Of a DNA stretch of 43,423 nucleotides, positions 41,901-43,423 are shown in pieces. The notes beneath the pieces are model-generated. The model searched no databases and was not told the DNA's origin. It saw nothing but the letters and a program-made list of their open reading frames with translations. Position numbers and translations under genes: made by a program. This stretch comes from a virus (lineage: Duplodnaviria > Caudoviricetes). The stretch is from the IMG/VR virus record IMGVR_UViG_3300005805_000155, positions 1-43,423 of that record. One strand, written 5' to 3'. Numbering within the stretch: position 1 is the stretch's first letter; each line of letters begins with the position of its first letter.

Positions 41901-43423
41901 CTGTAGGAATAGCATCTGCTGCAACAAATATTCCTAAACCTGGAGGTTTTATAAAAATTTCACGTTTTGCTTGATTTGATGGTGCTTTTAAGATATCATA
42001 TCCCAAACCAACAAAAACTTTAGGTGGAACAATATAACCTTCGCCATTACTAGTAATACGATATCCACTTATTTGATTTTCTGTAATGTATAGTTTTGCA
42101 GATGCTCCAGATCCAACTGGACCAGATATTATAGATCCACCATCGTCTAATTGTGGTTGCGAAACAAAAATTAATTCAACTTCATCGCTAAATCTATCAT
42201 TTCCATCTAGGTAATTTGGCATAGCATCGCCAGACCACCTAATATCAACTACTTGTCCGTTTTCTATGATTGCTTCTACCGAAGCAGATAAAGAAGAAGT
42301 TAGAGAATTGTTATTTGATGAATTAAATTTGCCAAAGTAAGAATTTGCTTCACTATAAGCTTTAACAGTTAATGGAGTATCTAAAATTTTTCTATATTCT
42401 GTTTCGCCATCTATTTTTATTAAATCTCCAGATTCAATATACTTGTAGGTTTGACTGTTAGTTTTTCTTAATACATCAAATAAATTATCAGTATCTTTAT
42501 CAAAATCCGATACAGATACGATGTTGAATTGTGAAAAAGATCCTATACCAGGAATTTCTATTGGTTGGTTTGTATAAACTTTAGTATTTCCAATACTTAA
42601 TAATCCAAACTCATATGTTGTACTATTAATTCTCTTTTGAGAAACTATTTTAGCTCTGGTGTTAAAATATTTTTCTCCTGTTTGATCATCTGTTGAATAT
42701 AAATATCTACCAATCATTCCAAATTTACTAATATAGAATGCAGCAAGACTAGTATTTACAGTAAGTGTATATCTTCTAGAATATTGAAGATCAGAGAAAT
42801 CAAAAATTGTTAATGGTCTATCTTCATCTCTTCCATAGCACATTAAAATATATACTACCTGTCCTTCAGTTAAATCGGTTTTGAATGTTATAAAACTACT
42901 ATTTGACAGAGTATATGATTTATTCCTTTGTTGTAAAACGCCATCTATGAATACCAATAAGTTTCTTTCATTGTCAACGAAGAAAGTTCTATCATCTAAA
43001 ACTGTTTTTAATGAAAAAATTCTTTTATTTCCAGAAGTTATATCTTCACCTAATTTTAAACGATAATAGTTTCCTATGCTATAACCAGAAAAATTAGTTT
43101 CTTCTAACGGTGCCTCAAGGAAAACTATTTTATTTGGAACAGTAGTTTTGATTATATAATATGATTTTTCAATTGATGGTACGGGAATTTCTGACGATCT
43201 TTGTAAAACGCCATCAATACTGATAAATAAATTTTCTTTATTTTGTAAAGAAGTTGGAGTATCATCTTCATAATATAAATTAAATTCTTTTTTAATTCCA
43301 TCAAATTGATTAGAAATATCTTTTAACTTTTTAAATAAAGAATTATTATCAGTTTGATTCTTTAATGAAATGTATCTTCCAACAAATTTTTGTCTGGGAG
43401 TGTCTACTCCAGGAATATACTCT
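38974..43423 (-). CDS. gp7: Baseplate wedge initiator (gp7-like giant protein), 5'-truncated; extends beyond the window
   Basis: The frame has no stop from 42957 to 43423, so the track start is internal. The extension reads ...KLKDISNQFDGIKKEFNL...NLFISIDGVLQ...IVFLEAP...NLLVFIDGVLQ. Also G.GY..PPKV and C-terminal ..YP.LTIEDFELR. Directly upstream of gp8. Confidence 0.8.
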   Translation of the reverse strand, partial: EYIPGVDTPRQKFVGRYISLKNQTDNNSLFKKLKDISNQFDGIKKEFNLYYEDDTPTSLQNKENLFISIDGVLQRSSEIPVPSIEKSYYIIKTTVPNKIVFLEAPLEETNFSGYSIGNYYRLKLGEDITSGNKRIFSLKTVLDDRTFFVDNERNLLVFIDGVLQQRNKSYTLSNSSFITFKTDLTEGQVVYILMCYGRDEDRPLTIFDFSDLQYSRRYTLTVNTSLAAFYISKFGMIGRYLYSTDDQTGEKYFNTRAKIVSQKRINSTTYEFGLLSIGNTKVYTNQPIEIPGIGSFSQFNIVSVSDFDKDTDNLFDVLRKTNSQTYKYIESGDLIKIDGETEYRKILDTPLTVKAYSEANSYFGKFNSSNNNSLTSSLSASVEAIIENGQVVDIRWSGDAMPNYLDGNDRFSDEVELIFVSQPQLDDGGSIISGPVGSGASAKLYITENQISGYRITSNGEGYIVPPKVFVGLGYDILKAPSNQAKREIFIKPPGLGIFVAADAIPTEVFFRYKGQEPGFWFLEPRLIISDYYVSNFITLFTEYLSEYGELKTDTKISTNWYPKALIDSVKDIIFVPLAKSYETSVKTIPIVSVSGDRSSVSVNTVSYVPNVTLELNSDSFTSVFIQLDFTDTDRVLYVSSTDKFTDTGYLLLNGEILYYSSKFSDRFFIEERSAFRTPLTNHPAGSLVRQYLPDASDIHINRKSQIEAIVATPLISINSPVDIILQPRELLVISKQQATFGDGSVTIVEISREPATDYGTLTPSVDSLVITNIDYAVNVELQDIILQPLFKQLIIVGAVVEEQIDLDNKIIPVIYNTSFAEYAALNRDIQINSIVTNVASPVTVESILQQSVLVSIGGRLEDVAVDVEPVFGGVATAYSVFADEVDTDIIPSVVFANITPIQEITVTPRIEQSTVTVESILQQSVLVSIGGRIEDVAIDVEPVFGGIATGYSIFADAVDTDIVLSTVFANIAAIQEITITPRIESALATVESIITVSTDSISEGEVIFIETIDPISSTIAIELSVDVSHTALIGIEPTINYNINEIRAITSIEYQIELPIDSVISISSNEVIPNDVNDIQIYRTIETGLGADGSGIDVLGEYPYQSELANVSPVDISVEINLEYQPIITTNISTIQEITVIPPVDDVAVTLTNVEAIIVTSEIDQPLIDNSTIAYQSEIYVGVTASSIVIDSVVTTNESPTSVIFVNTLGISEIVSFYESLRTSQSSVPSDPVISPVEITSVSTTIIDKIVETSITPATVLVTSDDAVVVTNIIEYSIVVSTAAVSIQERYLGVIPVGIVSLQKPDDTIITTTIDKNEETNLIDIEVINEITTIRSTGIVDYYQEVLYYNTDILTRSGDVVLTQSYTIDTNFEDSITFRNITRDKQEFPYNTYGVGNVGISLGNIEYNSFFNNTNMSDTGYTAPDQTTNNVSGMQIDQFTNTYPSLTIEDFELRSNSQISTSGDRINIGISTFNTVDPIEE
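40441..40897 (-). repeat. In-frame 219-bp (73-aa) tandem duplication within the gp7-like gene
   Basis: VTVESILQQSVLVSIGGR[LI]EDVA[VI]DVEPVFGG[VI]AT.YS.FAD.VDTDI...VFANI..IQEIT.TPRIE occurs twice. GATTCTAGGAGTTA is at 40471 and 40690, 219 nt apart. Confidence 0.9.

Noticed and set aside
42955-42957. Track start of the 1327-aa ORF
   Set aside because: The frame stays open to the window edge, so this is an internal Leu codon. The true start is outside the window.
77-43066. All plus-strand ORFs in the track (e.g. 783..1196, 10755..11186, 20527..20985, 29430..29801)
   Set aside because: They are antisense shadows of long minus-strand genes, with no recognisable motifs and no independent intergenic space.
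1-43423. tRNAs, CRISPR arrays, introns, inteins, homing endonucleases, stop-codon recoding
   Set aside because: Intergenic gaps are all under about 70 nt. I saw no repeat-spacer arrays or HNH/LAGLIDADG/GIY-YIG/intein motifs. Genes are intact in the standard code and use TAA, TGA and TAG as stops.

Overview
A 43.4-kb, AT-rich, densely coding segment of a T4-like myovirus genome, most similar in organisation to T4-like cyanophages. Every credible gene is on the minus strand. In transcription order (right to left): a 5'-truncated giant baseplate wedge initiator (gp7-like), gp8, a VrlC/DUF4815-like 2735-aa virion protein, two giant modular fibre/structural proteins (2823 and 2592 aa), a cluster of smaller fibre and accessory genes, gp13, gp14, gp15, gp16 (small terminase), a small ORF and a 3'-truncated ORF (1..803) that the ORF track missed. 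T4-type late promoter motifs (NATAAATA) precede several genes. The most striking observation is three nested helical repeats in the 2823-aa protein that resemble phycobiliprotein (globin-like) subunits, including CxRD[IL]G and a second, distal Cys. Other observations are nested domain insertion across the fibre proteins, a shared C-terminal DxGxY tag on three adjacent genes, and apparent GTAC avoidance through synonymous GCAC/GTGC. All family assignments come from recalled motifs and gene order, not from database searches.
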